DNA of 61,145 nt, filler included, from Nemertoderma westbladi (taxonomy: Eukaryota > Animalia > Xenacoelomorpha): NCBI GenBank assembly GCA_032718475.1. It is 4 parts of 4 records of this genome, joined end to end, with 100 filler letters (N's around TTAATTAATTAA, not from the genome) between each part and the next. Parts side by side here need not be neighbours in the genome. Positions count along the whole stretch, not along the records: positions 19,414 to 39,375 come from JAUCBJ010002536.1; positions 39,476 to 58,019 come from JAUCBJ010005197.1; 2 more parts are not named here. The stretch is one strand, 5' to 3'. Shown piece after piece: positions 38,237 to 52,123 of the stretch (within the stretch, counting starts at the first letter, position 1; each line of letters opens with the position of its first letter). The notes under the pieces were generated by a model. That model did not search any database and was not told the origin of the DNA. It worked only from the letters and a program-made list of their open reading frames with translations. The position numbers and the translations under genes are program-made.

Positions 38237-38470
38237 TCCTATTACCACTGGGGTGTTTTGACCATTAGCACCACTGGGGGGGGGGGCCGATTCGGCCCAC
38301 CCACTATATTTTTGTAGTCGTCTAATGAAATCCTACAAAATTTGGGCTGTTGGTGAAACAACTATAGATGAACACTACCAAATCTTAAAAAGTTAAAATT
38401 TCATAAGCAGGGTCTCATAATTTTGATGAAAAATAAAAGTAGTCCCAGGACAAAATTACAAAATTTTTTG
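38237..38470 (+). mobile_element. terminus of the same piggyBac-like family as 31880-32961
   Basis: TTAA|TCCTATTACCACTGGGG..., the reverse complement of about 32735-32961. Confidence 0.8.
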
Positions 38471-39375
38471 TTGTGACGTTGTGACAGCCGCAAACAATTG
38501 TCGGAATGTTGTGACAGCCACAAACAATTGTCGTAATGGTGTGACAGCCACAAATAATAGTCGTATTGTTGTGATAGCTACAAACAATTTCCGGAATGTT
38601 GTGACAGCCGCAAACAATTGCCGGATTGTTGTGACTGCCACTAACAATTGTCGTAATGTTGTGACGACCACAAACAATTGTCCGAATGTTGGGACTGCCA
38701 CAAACAATTGTCGCAATGTTGTAACAGCCACAAACAATTGTTGTAATGTTGCGACAGCCACAAACAATTGTCGTAATATTGTGACAGCTACAAACAATTG
38801 TCGTAATGTTGTGACGGCCACAAACAATTGTCGTAATAATTATTGTGACAGCCACAAACAATTGTCCGAATGTTGTGACAGCCACAAACAATTGTCCTAA
38901 TGTTGCGACAGCCACAAACAATTGTCGTAATATTGTGACAGCCACAAAAAATTTTCGTAATATTGTGACAGCCACAAACAATTGTCGCAATGTTGTGACA
39001 ACCACAAACAATTGTCGCAAGGTTGTGACAGCCACAAACAATTATCGCAAGGTTGTGACAGCCACAAACAATTGTCATAATGTTGTGACAGCCACAAACA
39101 ATTGTCGTAATATTGTGACAGCCGCAAACAATTGTCGGAATATTGTGACAGCAGAAAACAATTTTCGTAACGTTGTGACAGCCACACACAATTGTCGTAA
39201 TATTGTAACAGCCGCAAACAATTGTCGGAATGTTGTGACAGCCACAAACAATTGTCGTAATGGTGTGACAGCCACAAATAATAGTCGTATTGTTGTGATA
39301 GCTACAAACAATTTCCGGAATGTTGTGACAGCCGCAAACAATTGCCGGATTGTTGTGACTGCCACAAACAATTGT
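38471..39375. repeat. 30-bp satellite (GTTGTGACAGCCACAAACAATTGTCGTAAT)n, at least 30 copies, running into a gap
   Basis: Tandem array directly visible. Confidence 0.97.
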
Positions 39376-39475
39376 NNNNNNNNNNNNNNNNNNNNNNNNN
39401 NNNNNNNNNNNNNNNNNNNTTAATTAATTAANNNNNNNNNNNNNNNNNNNNNNNNNNNNNNNNNNNNNNNNNNNN
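39376..39475. other. assembly gap with linker
   Basis: N-run containing TTAATTAATTAA. Confidence 0.99.
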
Positions 39476-40060
39476 TAATTGGCCAGATGTTGTTGTTGTT
39501 CAATGGGCGTCACAGCAATTATCTCAGCGTCTGATCCATCTCGAGTTCTTGGAGTAGTGTTTATCGCAGTTGGTGGCGGTGTTGGAGGATCCGGTGCTCC
39601 AGAAAGTTCCATTTCGCCATGATTATCGTTGGATTCGCTATCGCCATCAAATCGTGGTGGGGGTCTATATCAAAATAAATAATAACGTTGATGTTAATTG
39701 AATAAAACAAAAAAATTATGATAGTGATGATTTAAAAAGTTATGGGTGCGCTCCACAGTAGTTTCCTACTACAAGTAAAGACCAGCATATTGTTACTTGC
39801 ACTCTCAATGTTGAATACACATTGTATTTTCCGATAGAATGTACCATAACATTAAATTAAATTGAAAATTAAATAGAAGCCCTAAGAAGATATACATATA
39901 CTGTACAACAGAACATATAACCATACTACCGGTAGTTAGGACTCAGGGAGGTTTAGACAAGGTTGATGTGGGAGGAACAAAGATTGGCCTACCGGTATAG
40001 TATATATGATATAGGCAGATAACCAAACGGTTCGGTACTGCAGTACAGCGTACCGGTAGC

Positions 40061-40399
40061 CTAATCATCTAACCTAACAGCTAACCTTGCATCATATTTC
40101 CTTTTGCGATTATTGCCAGACTCCAGCGCCCTATTGTTTTCAGTCCGTTTTTGGTATTTAATTACATCTCCATAGGTGCAGCCTCTCCATATGATAACAA
40201 CTGTGTATAGGTCCCAATTATTTTCTGGTTGGGTGTATTTATTATGTGATGGCTTTGGATACATTTTTGGAGGCCAATAGCATTCCACAAGGGGTCGATC
40301 TTCCACATCATTGGTTTCGAGTATTCTAGTTAGCCATGTTTGTGGGACAGTGGCAAATGCATTATCCTCATCCACAAACTCGATAAGAGAATAATACAT
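40061..40399 (-). pseudogene. transposon-associated accessory ORF N-terminal domain (DUF4806/BEN-protein type)
   Basis: Motif YSLIEF..VPQTW..CYWPP, recalled from DNA-transposon accessory proteins. Confidence 0.45.
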
Positions 40400-40699
40400 T
40401 CCGTGTTTATGACAGTAGAGTATTCAGTTCAGGTGATAGCGTGTTTTCAGTGCTTTAACAAATATGAAATCTGTTATCTGTTAAAAAATAGGCCTGTATT
40501 ACAAAAAACATTGAATGATATAAACAATATATTTATGGATTTTTTTACTATCAAATACCGCTACAAGATCAACAATCAAATGATGTATATAAAGGTGGCC
40601 TATATAAATTTCAACTACTTATTAATTATTATTAAACTTAACAATTCATTTCAACTACCGACTGCAGAGTATAGACCCCTATCGTATTCTTCGTCAACG

Positions 40700-42955
40700 G
40701 AGCAGTAGTCCAAAGCTTGCCAAAGACCAGCTTCACCTTCGTCACTTTGCCAATCCTCAACCATGCAACGAGTGGATGCTGCGGTTCCTTACTGCAAGAA
40801 CAGTTGACCAAGAAAGTGATGAACTGAATTTTGTTGTCAGCTCTAACTTAATTACTCTAATTTTAGACCACTTCACTTTTCTCCCTTCGTTATTCCTTAT
40901 TCTTTTGTTTAGAAAATCCTCCTGGATGAGTTTCCAGTCAAGAAAGTCCGCTGATTTCATCGGAATGACAGTGTATGGTTCATTAAACACTTTAGCATGT
41001 CGTATCACAGTGTTCCACTCCGATGGTGCCCAGACTTCCTTATTCTTTAAGTGACTTTCTATTCGAGCATGGATCAAATCCACTGGCATATTGGTATGGC
41101 CTGGAAGTAGGAATATCAGCCTGATGCGAGAAACGTTCGGAAGACGGATTAGTACTTGATTTATGGTGGTGATTATAATTCGATTCTTATTCTGTCCACT
41201 GGTGCTGTCACAGAAAAGGTCTATTTTTTTCACATTAGGGCACCTGACATTCAGATCAATAAGACTCTTATGGAGCACAGAAGCCACCTCAATAGATCCC
41301 CGCTTCGCCGTGTTCTCTCCCCAGATATAGCAATATCCCTTTTTAGTTCCACTCTCAAAAACAGACTCATTATAGAAAGCAAACCGGTGGGAATATCTGA
41401 TAAGCATCAAGTTAGCGTGTGGTGTGTTAAGAACTTTCTGCAGATCATAGCTCAAACACCGGTACTCATCTGTCTCACGTTCTTGGGCTCGTTTAAACAC
41501 CTGGGCAATGGCTTTCTTTTCATCTTGATGGCGCTCATAAATCTGAGGATCAAGATCAGGGTCTTTCCTTTGGAAGCGAACACACAAAACACACTTATCT
41601 TTCTTCGGGATATGAAATCCCAAATTGAACTCCGATTTGAATATTCTGCGAAAAACTGAAAACTTCACTGGATTGGACACCTTTGAGACATAGATACGAT
41701 GCAAATTTTTTTCACTCTCTAGGCTCCTTGGAAGATACTTTCGGCTGGATTCTTTTCGACAATAGTGTGAGCTCATTGCTGGGAGCTCAGATATGAACTT
41801 CCGAACATCTTCTTCTCACTTCGAGCCCATTCGGTTATTTGCACCTCCTGATTGGCTACCCGTCAAAGATCCATGATCAGTTGTTCTTCTAACTATAGAT
41901 TTTAGCAACCCCTCACCAACATCTAAAGTACACTCTATAAATTGTCTGCACACCAGAATCTTCTTCCTATCTTTGTATAGGTTCCACTTCACAGAAACGT
42001 TCTACGGCTGTCGTTTCTTCTCATCATCATCTGTGGGACGATGTCTTTCCACAGCATCCTTCTCCAGCAATGTCCTCAGATAGGCATGTTGTTCCTCCCT
42101 ACTCCTAAAAGCGCTATAGTAATGATTGTACTGATCCAATCTTTCTTCCTCCATCCAGTTGTCACGGCAGCTCCTGGCACAGTTTTCTTTACACGGCACG
42201 GCCCTCATCGATTTTGATTTTCGCACCTTTCCCTGTGTAACATATTCTTACCTCTCAGCCGCGCTAATTTTCTTTCGCGAGTATTACAGGTATCCGGCCC
42301 ACTCCGTTTTTTGGCGGCTCTTTTTCGAGCATTTGGAGGTCCCACCGTAGCATCAATGTCCCCATTAAAGGTCGATTCCTTGTCAGTACTATACCTAAAC
42401 TCTTCTTCCATTGGCCCACTCCCTCCGTCACTGTCCTCGGCCACAATAAAACCTCCGAACGACATTGTATTAGCTGATTCGTATTATCGTATAAGACTGG
42501 AAGACAGGTTGACTCGAGTATAGTAAGTTGTAACCAGTATTATACCGGTATGACTACCGTATAATGAAATTATTGTACAGCCAGCATGTAATCTGAACTG
42601 CAGTATTGAATATTAAATTTCCCGCCAAATTATCTTCTTAAAAGCTTGCGGAGCCGGTACACTATTACTACTTTTGTTACAATTGGGACATTTAGATACA
42701 TGCATTTCTGAAATTATACATCGATAAAGTGAGAACTTGGGAGGTTTCAGGGGAATTTGGGATATTTTGAAAAAAAAACGATTTTCGAAATTTGGCATTT
42801 GGGATATTATGTTTTTTGATATAACTTCTAAAATAATTGGAATATTGCAAAACCGCTTTGAGTGACTACCTCACCATGATGAGTAGATTGTCATTCACTC
42901 ATAAAATCATTTTCGACCAATTTGGCATTTGGGACATTTCGAAAATAAGCCGTCG
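40700..42955 (-). mobile_element. Sola-like DDD transposase, disrupted, with a probable 5' end
   Basis: SHYCR..YL, FNLGFHIPKKDKCVLC, YDLQKVL, WGENTAKRGSIE, CDSTSGQNKN, PGHTNMPVD..HARIE. Upstream TTGGGACATT repeats end at GCCGTCG|ATAT. Confidence 0.78.
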
Positions 42956-43082
42956 ATATATGCATTTGATCGGCTCTGCCTTTGTGCTCGGCATTTAATG
43001 TAACAAAATAAAGGTAGTAGTAGGTCCATGATGAGGTAATTCAATGTTTACTGGCTTATTGATATAATAGTAGTATTGATAT

Positions 43083-46000
43083 TTAATCATAATTTGAGAC
43101 GGTCTTATATCTGGGGTCGAGGAGAGTAGCATATGTATAGTATTTTGAACTCTCTATGTCGACATATTCTTCCCGTGGATCTTCTCCATATAAATACCAA
43201 TGTATTTCTTTGATGGTAGCAGTCTGCAATCCTTTGTTGGCCGGTACCTCAACATTAACGGCGGAAATGGTCTTCACCATAAAGCTAGAATAAAGATGAT
43301 TATTGATATTACTATACTATAAAAATATAGAACACCGACTGAATAACTCCCTAACAAACAAATTAAGGAATATAAACGCCAACAACGTGGTTACATTTTT
43401 AGAGGGGTGGAAATTCTCTGCTACACCAGTATGTGTTTTTTATAAATTAAAATATTTTTACAATTTAAAATTAATAAATAAAATACTACCAAGATTGGCA
43501 ATGTATGTAAGACATATTAGCAATTAATAACCTCAGTGAGCATCTTCTTGTTGCCAAGAGTCATCCAAGAGGCAGAAGGGGGTTTGTGTACATGTTGGAG
43601 TTCGATTATCAAGTGGTGCAATGGCTGCCACAACTTTAAAACCCGATTTATCATGTCATATATTCCATTCCGCGTGTATCAGAGTCTATTGTTAGAGTTA
43701 TTGTACTGGTTCCACTCAGGCCTTTAGAGCTACTCCCCTGGTGCTTGTTCAACTACGGCGATGCCACTGAACTCTTTCTGAATCTCGCCACAACTTTCCT
43801 TACATCCTTTATGAGGATTTCCAAATCTGGCTGGGACTCTAGCGAATGTTTCACAACAAGGTTCAATAAGTGGTTGAAGCAACCAACATGGGCATAATAA
43901 CCGGCTTCCTTAATAGCCTTTACCATGTTGCTCCCATTGTCTCGTAGAAACAACTGCACCTTTTCTGCAATTTTCCACTCTTTAAGTTACTTTTACCAAT
44001 GATGCCTTCATTGAGGCCTTCAATGAGAGCCTTTGAACCTCCATGGAGAATAATACATTCCAGAACCATGTACTTTCTCATCCATTCTTGATTAATAAAA
44101 TGCGCAGTTAAAGCAATAAACGTGGTGTTGTTTTGGGATGTCCATAGATCTGTTGTGCAAGAACACCATTGAAAGTAATCGCTCCCAACTATCAACTCGA
44201 TTTGGTATTTTATCCAGTCATTTAGATCTGGAATCAATCCACATCGAATAACTTTCTCACTCGGTATATTGTAAAGGTGATTCAGATGTTTAATGAAATC
44301 TTTAAATTCCTCATTTTCAACTACCACATATGGTTGAGTTGAAGAGATCATCCATTTTAACAGTTTCGAATCGAGCTTTTTTTGTGGCTCGGAATTTGAA
44401 GGATATTAGCTGGATTACAGTTCATGGTTAACATTTGTAAAGTTCTGTTCACGCTATAACTTAGTTATTAGTACTAATGTGGATCCCGCAAAATGTAAAT
44501 CCAAATGTGTGCTGTTTAAATGGACTTGGTCACCTCCATCGGTAAATATCATAGTAAATGGAGTCTCTCTACCGTGGGTTGAGAAAACTTTGCATCTTGG
44601 GAACACTCTTGACTTTAAATGTTCATTGGTACGAATTTAGAGAAGAAAAGTGGGGCATTCCTTGGAAAACTTGCGAACCTCAGACAGGAATTTAATTTTG
44701 CACTACCTGGATGTGTAACACATATCCAGTGGTTGTATTCAACAAGCTTTTATGGGAGCTCTCTATGGGATCTGGAATCACCCATATCCAGTGGTTGTAT
44801 TCAACAAGCTTTTATGGGAGCTCTCTATGGGATCTGGAATCACCCCAGTGTCATAGAATGTACACGACATGGACTATTAATGTTAGGAAGGTTTGGGGTC
44901 TGCCTTACAATGTGCACAGATTTATTGTTGAAAACGTTGTCGGTTTTGAACATCCACGTGTTATGTTGTGCAAATGGTTTATAAAATTTACAAATACTTT
45001 ACGTGACTCTTTAAAATTACCAGTGCGTTTTCTTGCAAATCTTACACTGTTTGATTGTCATAGTCGGTGTGGTACAAATTTTAGACGGATAGCCAATGAG
45101 TGTAATGTTGCTAACCCAAGTAATGTATCACCACATATTATAAACAGATATGTTTCCTATTCTAGAATACCAGTAGGTCATAACTGGAGAGTTAATGCAT
45201 GTATTGAATTATGTAACATCTTATCTGGTGATGTTGTGGTTAAGGGCTTCTGTTATGATGATTTGCGCTCAATGTTGGAATTTATAGCGGCATATTAACT
45301 ACCATTATTCTTTCTTTCGTGTGATATGAGATTTATTTGACAGATTTTATACAATTGAAATTTATTTTTCTAAATCTACTTACTTTAATTATTTTATTAA
45401 TTACTATTTTATTTAGTAATTATTAATTGTATTATTTACTTATTAATTTTCTTTTTTTGTGCTAGTGTCTGTAGTTAGGTCTGTACTGTGCAATATTTGT
45501 AAGGTTATTGTTTCATGTATGATAATAATAATAATAATAATAATATAGGTTGTGAAATATATCCATCCATTTTCAACTGAACTTGTGTTACCGTTAGTTG
45601 CTCAATGTCAGCAGCAGGAGTGGTAGGGGCACGAACTTCATAAATAGCTTTACCGACAGGGCCCCTCGCGTCAGAGGTATGATTAGTCCTACTCTTCAGC
45701 TTCAAGTTTAGTGCGACGTAAATCGAACCATGTCACCGACGAAGGTGGGCCAACATATTGGTGGTACCATACAACTTTTTTCCCCGCAGTGGATTACCCC
45801 GTATGATATGATATGAACCCCGCATGCTGAACACAAAGTTGTGGCACCCATCTATCAGAAGCTAATATACTGAAGTAGCCCCACACTGGTGAGTTGCGAT
45901 TGTGCATTGCGTCAGCCATAAACAAAAGTTATACATTATGTGGTAAATCTGTAAACTGGCAGACTGAGACTGGTAAATATGGTGATGCTGAGATGGATGG

Positions 46001-46742
46001 GATGCTGGGCTGGGCGCTGTGATGGCAGTATGGTCGATGGTTGAGGTACGTTACGTGGTAATATGGTGGTATGCAATGCAAGCTGGCAAACAATAAAATA
46101 AACACAAACTACTAAAATGACTACAAGAAATACCTACTCATTATGAAGCCAGGAAGCTGTGCAGTAGGTTACTGGGGCCTGGATTCTAACTTTTAAACAT
46201 TAAAGACTACTGGCTGACCAATCTGCCAGCGCCGCTCTCTGCCTGTATTGCTGTATATAATGCCTGCTACCTGCATACTAGCATACTATTGTACTTCTGT
46301 ACTTGCTGATGTGTTGTTACTGGTTTGCTGATGTACGTACATACAAAGCTGGAACTTCTGGGCTGTCAGTGTCAGACTGGTCTGCTGGTAGTCAGTAGTC
46401 TAGTCACTGTGATTACTGATTGGTACAGCTACAGCACGACATCTGTAGGCTAATCAGTAGTCATGCTAGTACAGTCAAGTCAGTCAGTCTCAGTTTAGTA
46501 CATGTATAAGGCCTACTGTAGTTGTTTCTGTTTGTAGTACACGAATCTGCCAGTAATTTGCTAGTAATTCTGTTTATATTGTGTAGTGTAATATGCTGCT
46601 AATGCTGTAAAGTAACATAACTGCATAATTAGCCATTATTAAAAAATCGAAACAGGCACCGATTTCAAAAAACTGGGCCAGTACCGGTTCGGCCAAAACC
46701 GGCACCTACTGGTACTGGTACCGGTGCACAGGTCGATTCCTA
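43083..46742 (-). mobile_element. degraded hAT transposon (BED finger and catalytic core) split by a LINE
   Basis: BED finger at about 45725-45919 (SPVWGYF..CSAC..GTTNMLAHLRR*H), TTDLWTS, LTAHFI, DNGSNM, CFNHLLNL, ATLLDPRYK. Terminus TAGGAATCGAC with ACCGG subterminal repeats. Confidence 0.88.
44425..45545 (+). mobile_element. 5'-truncated non-LTR retrotransposon 3' end with (TAA)n tail
   Basis: LPWVEKTLHLGN, FYGSSLWDL, RKVWGLPYNVHR. Internal 62-bp tandem duplication at 44721-44844. Interrupts the hAT ORF. Confidence 0.8.
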
Positions 46743-47639
46743 GTCGTGATGGTGAAGTTGCAGAGTTGGGTAAAAATTAAAACGTTGGGTTAAGTGTAGG
46801 CCTACCTGTCTGCCTGTGGTATGTGTATAGGTTTAGGGTGGCCCAAAAAATATTTCGAGAGGCTGATTGGCCTAGGCCTATTCAACTACAACTAACTACA
46901 TACATAGCCTCTGAAATCAGGAAATTGTATGATCAAGGATCAACATACATAATTTTGCTTAAACGTTTAATTAAACCGACTGCGCAATTACCCTTAGTTC
47001 CAGTCTGCCTGCTGCCAGTCATGTGGTAAAGGCATAATCAGTATCATTAGTTTATGACCAACTTCCACCACTTCTATTGCAGTATTACAACGAACGATCT
47101 TCAGTTGAGCACACTGTCAATATTAATAATAGTATTCTGTTCTATATTATTATTATATATTCCATATTATTTATTAAAATTATTACAATAATAATGAACA
47201 TGTTATTCCGTATTCTGCAATATACCATGATTTGGATCAAGATCTATGCCATTATTACCATTACACAAATTAACATGCTGTTCAACTAATTTTGTAGTGA
47301 CAAATTAACTAAACCCAAATAAATAAATATAAATGACAAGTTAATATGAGTAATTATTTCAACTAATTTTGAGGTGTTTAGTTAAATAATAGTTGAAAAT
47401 TCAACTAAAACTTAAAAAATACCAAAATTTTTAATATGATTAGCACTATGTTAACAATGGTGTTATTATTACCGTTAACTAACTAAATTGGCAGTGACAA
47501 AAGTTAAATATAACCACTTTAACTAAATAACATCAAATAACTTAACTAATTTAACATTAGGTATTGTTTCAATATTTTGTGAAAAAGTGGGGGTGATAGG
47601 GAGCCCCCCCTCGGACCCCCGGTCCCTACGCCTCTGCCA

Positions 47640-48310
47640 TCCCAGATGTGGAATGCCGAATGGAGATAATATCCTATTCATCTGTGCAGAGGAGTCTTCT
47701 GGAATCAGATTATGTCTCAGAAGCCTACTATCCAGACCACTGAATTACCCTATCAAGATCTGGGTCGCTTTATGCTTAACTTGTCTGCTTTATCACATGG
47801 GAATACTGCTCCTGATAGAGGCTTCTCTCATAATGATAGAATTGTTTGCAAATCCCATGCATCTATGAATCACACAGCAATTATTGGGATGAGGCACTGC
47901 CAAGAAGCAGTTGAACTGGTTGGTGGTGCCTACAACATTGCCTACACAATTGATCTATTATTATCTGCTTCTCGGGTAAGGGCTGCCTATGAATTTGAAC
48001 GAGTCTGTGAGGTAGATAATACGAAGGCTGCACATTTAAAGCGGCATAGAGACGAAGAGCGGTTTAAATCGTTATTGGAGTTAAATGGTATGTTTGAACT
48101 GTAACTCCGTAAGTCGACACTCTCACAACTTAACTCTGCTCTTGTTGGAGGAAACGTGGCCAGTGCAGCTCTGGCAAACACCAGTTGAGAGGCAGCTTAT
48201 CACCAGCTGAAGGAACATTCAGATGTTATACCAGCAGCCAATAAAGAACTGGCTGAGATATATACAAAGTTTGCAGTTTATAGTGCTTCCAAAAAACAGC
48301 GTAATAAATA
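47640..48310 (+). mobile_element. hAT-superfamily transposase C-terminal remnant (second family)
   Basis: LSALSHGNTAPDRGFSHN..IIGMR..VGG resembles the SHGNAxxERGFS dimerisation motif. Confidence 0.65.
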
Positions 48311-48538
48311 ATTGAAGATTATTGATTATATTAGTTTCAATTATTGTTTGTTATAGTTTGTTATAGTTATATTTCCAGTTGAAAGAGTGGGTAACAGAGA
48401 CCCAAAAGGGCATTATTGTTCCTTGAAAGTTATCTGTGAAAGCATTTTAATTTCTTGAAGATCACACTTGCTGTTCGACATATACTACTGTATTCGAGTG
48501 CTAGATTAAACATAGATTTCTGTATAGGGAGGTAGACA

Positions 48539-48720
48539 ATGAATAAGCTTCATTTTGGGTTTGTCCCAAACCAACAGTCCAACTGTTGGTGTGATTTAAT
48601 ATTTAATAGTGGTGATAGTTGGTATTCTGTACAGCCAGTTGGGAAACACACCTTTCCCACAATACTAAAGGATCTGTTAGGCTGTGCAGGATTGACAACC
48701 GATAATCAAATATTACCTTA
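48539..48720 (+). mobile_element. Crypton/DUF3504-like tyrosine-recombinase fragment
   Basis: WYSVQPVGKHTFPTILKDL..AGL motif. Confidence 0.55.
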
Positions 48721-49753
48721 CCCCAATGAGTTACTGGAAGATGGTGGCGCAGGATATTTTTTTTATTCTGGACAGCTGTTCAATTTTACCCAAATGTAGT
48801 AATTTAACCATTTTTGTCTATGATCAGCATCAACTTGGTTATATAACTGATTTGAAGTCTTAACAACAAAGTTACCTGCTTTAAACTAGGATACATAAAG
48901 GAAATAACTTCATAAACTTTAAGTGTTCACTCTATTGCAGGTAGCAGAGACAGAAAGCGTACATTACAATGAGAAAGAAGCTTGTGGTATTCAATATTTA
49001 CAAACTCACATAAATCCTTGAGACTTGATACTCAGACAGTAAATATATAAAAAGAGTTTACAAATCTTGACAACAATTGCCTCAACATCAATGGAAAATT
49101 AATCACCGGCACTTTGGAACCCATTATGTATAATATCCACATTACATCCTAGCCAAAGGACAGTATGATCAGATTGATCCTGGAATCTGTATAGAACATA
49201 TTTTTCCCTGCTTGATTAACGCCACCTAAGTTGTATTCGTATTATCTGCTGATAATCCGACAACCTTGTTGAATAAACTGCTACTGTTACCTCCTAACAC
49301 ATAAATTAGGTTATTAGTGATAATTTGACGTTTCACCATTAATTTCAGTTACAGCTAGCACCTTATGTTATAAACCTTCAATTTGATTAAAGTATCGCAC
49401 TATGAAAGGAAGCATTTTTAATTCCATTCTGTTGGAACAGTCTAAACCAATCGAAAGAAATGCAACGCCATTCAAGTCTATCAAGTATTTCATCGGCCAG
49501 TGGAGACACGTTCGTGGGGCCTTCGCGCAGCACGAGGCCCAGTTATGAGATACAAATTAAAATTGAGCGACTGTATCACAAAATCAGGTTTTGAAAAATT
49601 TACCCACACCACCAATCAATCAAAGAAAGGGGGACAGTACGTGTTCACCCCTTTTAATCCCCCCTCCCCCCCCACCCTTCCCAACCACCAATACATAACC
49701 GCGACATCTACCACCCACGGAAGGGTAGCACGAACTTATTTTCAATCACACGT

Positions 49754-50065
49754 TCAATATGCAAAGCCAGGTGGTTTATAGGAATATAATAAACGCAGTA
49801 CTCGTTTTCATTATAAGCCTCGTTGCGTTCGTCCTGTTTTGTATTTAAATATATTTCTTAAACGCAGGCTAGGACGTTCTTTATAATAATAATAACTAGG
49901 GATGCGATCAATATGTGAAGCCAGGTGGTTTATATAATAATTTAGTCAACGCAGTCTCGTCTTCATTATATGCCTCGTTGCGCTCGTCGCTTGTCCTGTT
50001 TTGTTATAAAATATTTTTCCTAAACGCAGACTGACGATCTTTATACAGTTATAACTATGCGAAGT
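49754..50065. repeat. diverged tandem duplication of about 155 bp
   Basis: TCAATATG..AAGCCAGGTGGTTTATA..AACGCAGT..GCCTCGTTGCG occurs twice. Confidence 0.8.
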
Positions 50066-50899
50066 TTCGAAACTGTGCGAGTAACTGTTGATACATCTAT
50101 GTATGTGGAGATGTGTGATATGTGGAGATGTGTGATACAACGCCAACGCATCGTATGCTGATGTAGTAATATGGGTATTGAAATAATATTAAATTAATGT
50201 ACACTCTTAAAGCTGCAGCGAAAAAATGTAGCTAATTTCCTAGGTTACATATAAAATAATAATAATATTTTTAAGAACATTAATTTTACTACTTTGCAAA
50301 AATTCAATTAAAAAATAACCAGACATATACATTGTGGAATAAACTATTTCAGAAGCCTTCCCATGCCTTCCCTGCCATGGATAGTATTTATGTTATTATA
50401 TCTGTCATTTACCTGAGATAGCAATACAACACTTATAGTAGAGTCAATACAGGAAGGATGTTGCGATGTTGAATTTAAAGAATGAATGCTGTCTGGGCTG
50501 GAATAGCAATGCTGGTTGCCTATTACTATTCCTCTCTGGTTAGTCTACAGCCACAACTCCCAGCTAGCTCCACACCAGCAGAGACTTGACCAATAATCAT
50601 TCCCAGCAACTAGCTGCTTTACACACACATCCTTCCATCGTACCAGCATGTTGGCCAATAAATGAGCAGTATTTAATGAGAATCAATTTTTTTTGCCGTT
50701 TTAATTACTTTAGATCAATTAAAGACACAATTATTAAAGCAAATCACTTGAACTAATTAAAAACTATAATAGAATGGGGTATGTGGATTACATCTGTATA
50801 ATTTTTAATTATAATTATTTAAATCTTATACTGTAAAACAATTAATTTCCTTTAAAAGGCAGGTTGAAAATGGTGTTTTTACCGTAATAACTTAATTAA

Positions 50900-51125
50900 C
50901 TAATTAACTGCTATTATCTTAGCTTCTCGAAGGCCACACGGAAATTCTACTTGGAAAATTTCTAAACTTTTGCCAAACAACATGTGTACCAAGTTTGGAT
51001 AGATTTCATCAAAGATTGGCCGAGTTATTAACGTTTAAAATTGAACGCGACAGAACGACAGAACGACAGGTTGATTAATGGTACCACTACGCTAAGGCTC
51101 ACTCACTTCGTGGCTCGCCCCACAG
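50900..51125. mobile_element. possible Helentron/DINE-like non-autonomous element end
   Basis: CCAAGTTTGG..GCCGAGTTATT, then (GACAGAAC)n, then GGCTCACT..GCTCGCCC. Layout recalled from such elements. Confidence 0.35.
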
Positions 51126-51550
51126 GCAACAGGATAGGATAGGATAGCCTATGTTTTTGTTCATGCACAATGGAATTGGTTGTAATAAAAGGTTCTCATT
51201 AACTCAGATGTACAATCCATTAACCGAAATGATTGCAAATGTTTAATAACATGATATGCAGGATCTAGGACACTTCCCCCCCGGGCACCCGGACACTTCC
51301 CCCCCGCCCAAGTAGGACACTTCCCCCCCGGACACTTGCCCCCCGGACACTTGCCCCCCGGACACTTCCCCCCCCCAGTTAAAGTGTTAAAATTAATCTG
51401 GGTGCATCATAGCAATAAACAAAAGTTAAAGATGGTTACAGGACAAGTTGTATCTAGACAAGTTTTTTCAAAATTATAAAAGAAACATTTTTATAGTCAA
51501 ATTTTGTTTGTTTTTCTTTTAATTCCTTTAATTCTTTTAATTTCTTTTAA

Positions 51551-51686
51551 TTGGGGGCTGCCGCCCCCAAACCCCCGCTTCTTTTGTTGGGGGCTACCGC
51601 CCCCAAACCCCCGCTTCTTTTCTTGGGGGCTGCCGCCCCCAAACCCCCGCTTCTTTTCTTGGGGGTTATTGCCCCCAGACCCCGGC
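51551..51686. repeat. 36-bp tandem repeat x4 (TTGGGGGCTGCCGCCCCCAAACCCCCGCTTCTTTT)
   Basis: Directly visible. Each unit can form a hairpin. Confidence 0.9.
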
Positions 51687-52009
51687 ATTTCCCTGAGTGC
51701 CCGTGGTGAAAGACTTAAGACCACTTTGAAATAATTAATTCATGTTTGTATCATCAGATAATAAATTGACTAAGCCTAAAGTAGGAGCTGTATTGAATGT
51801 TAACCAATTTAATATATAAATTACTACAATATTATATAATTCAACAAAATCCTATTAAAAATATTGCAAGTAACCAGGAAATTTAATATGTAGTGTGTAT
51901 AATATCTATATAGTATGTATAGTAGTAATATGTATATCAATATGTAATGCTGAACACAGAATACAGGTCGACGCATGTCGATTTTACCCTGGAGAGGTAT
52001 AATTTTGAT

Positions 52010-52123
52010 TGCAACAATAATATTCATCCCCATCTGCTACAATTTGATGCAACAATAATATTCATCCCCATCTGCTACAATTTGATGCAACAATAATATT
52101 CATCCCCATCTGCTACAATTTGA
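52010..52123. repeat. 38-bp perfect tandem repeat x3
   Basis: TGCAACAATAATATTCATCCCCATCTGCTACAATTTGA occurs three times. Confidence 0.95.

Noticed and set aside
38415-39423. Multiple repeat ORFs or a possible CRISPR-like array
   Set aside because: Contiguous 30-bp satellite with no unique spacers, no cas genes, and a eukaryotic context.
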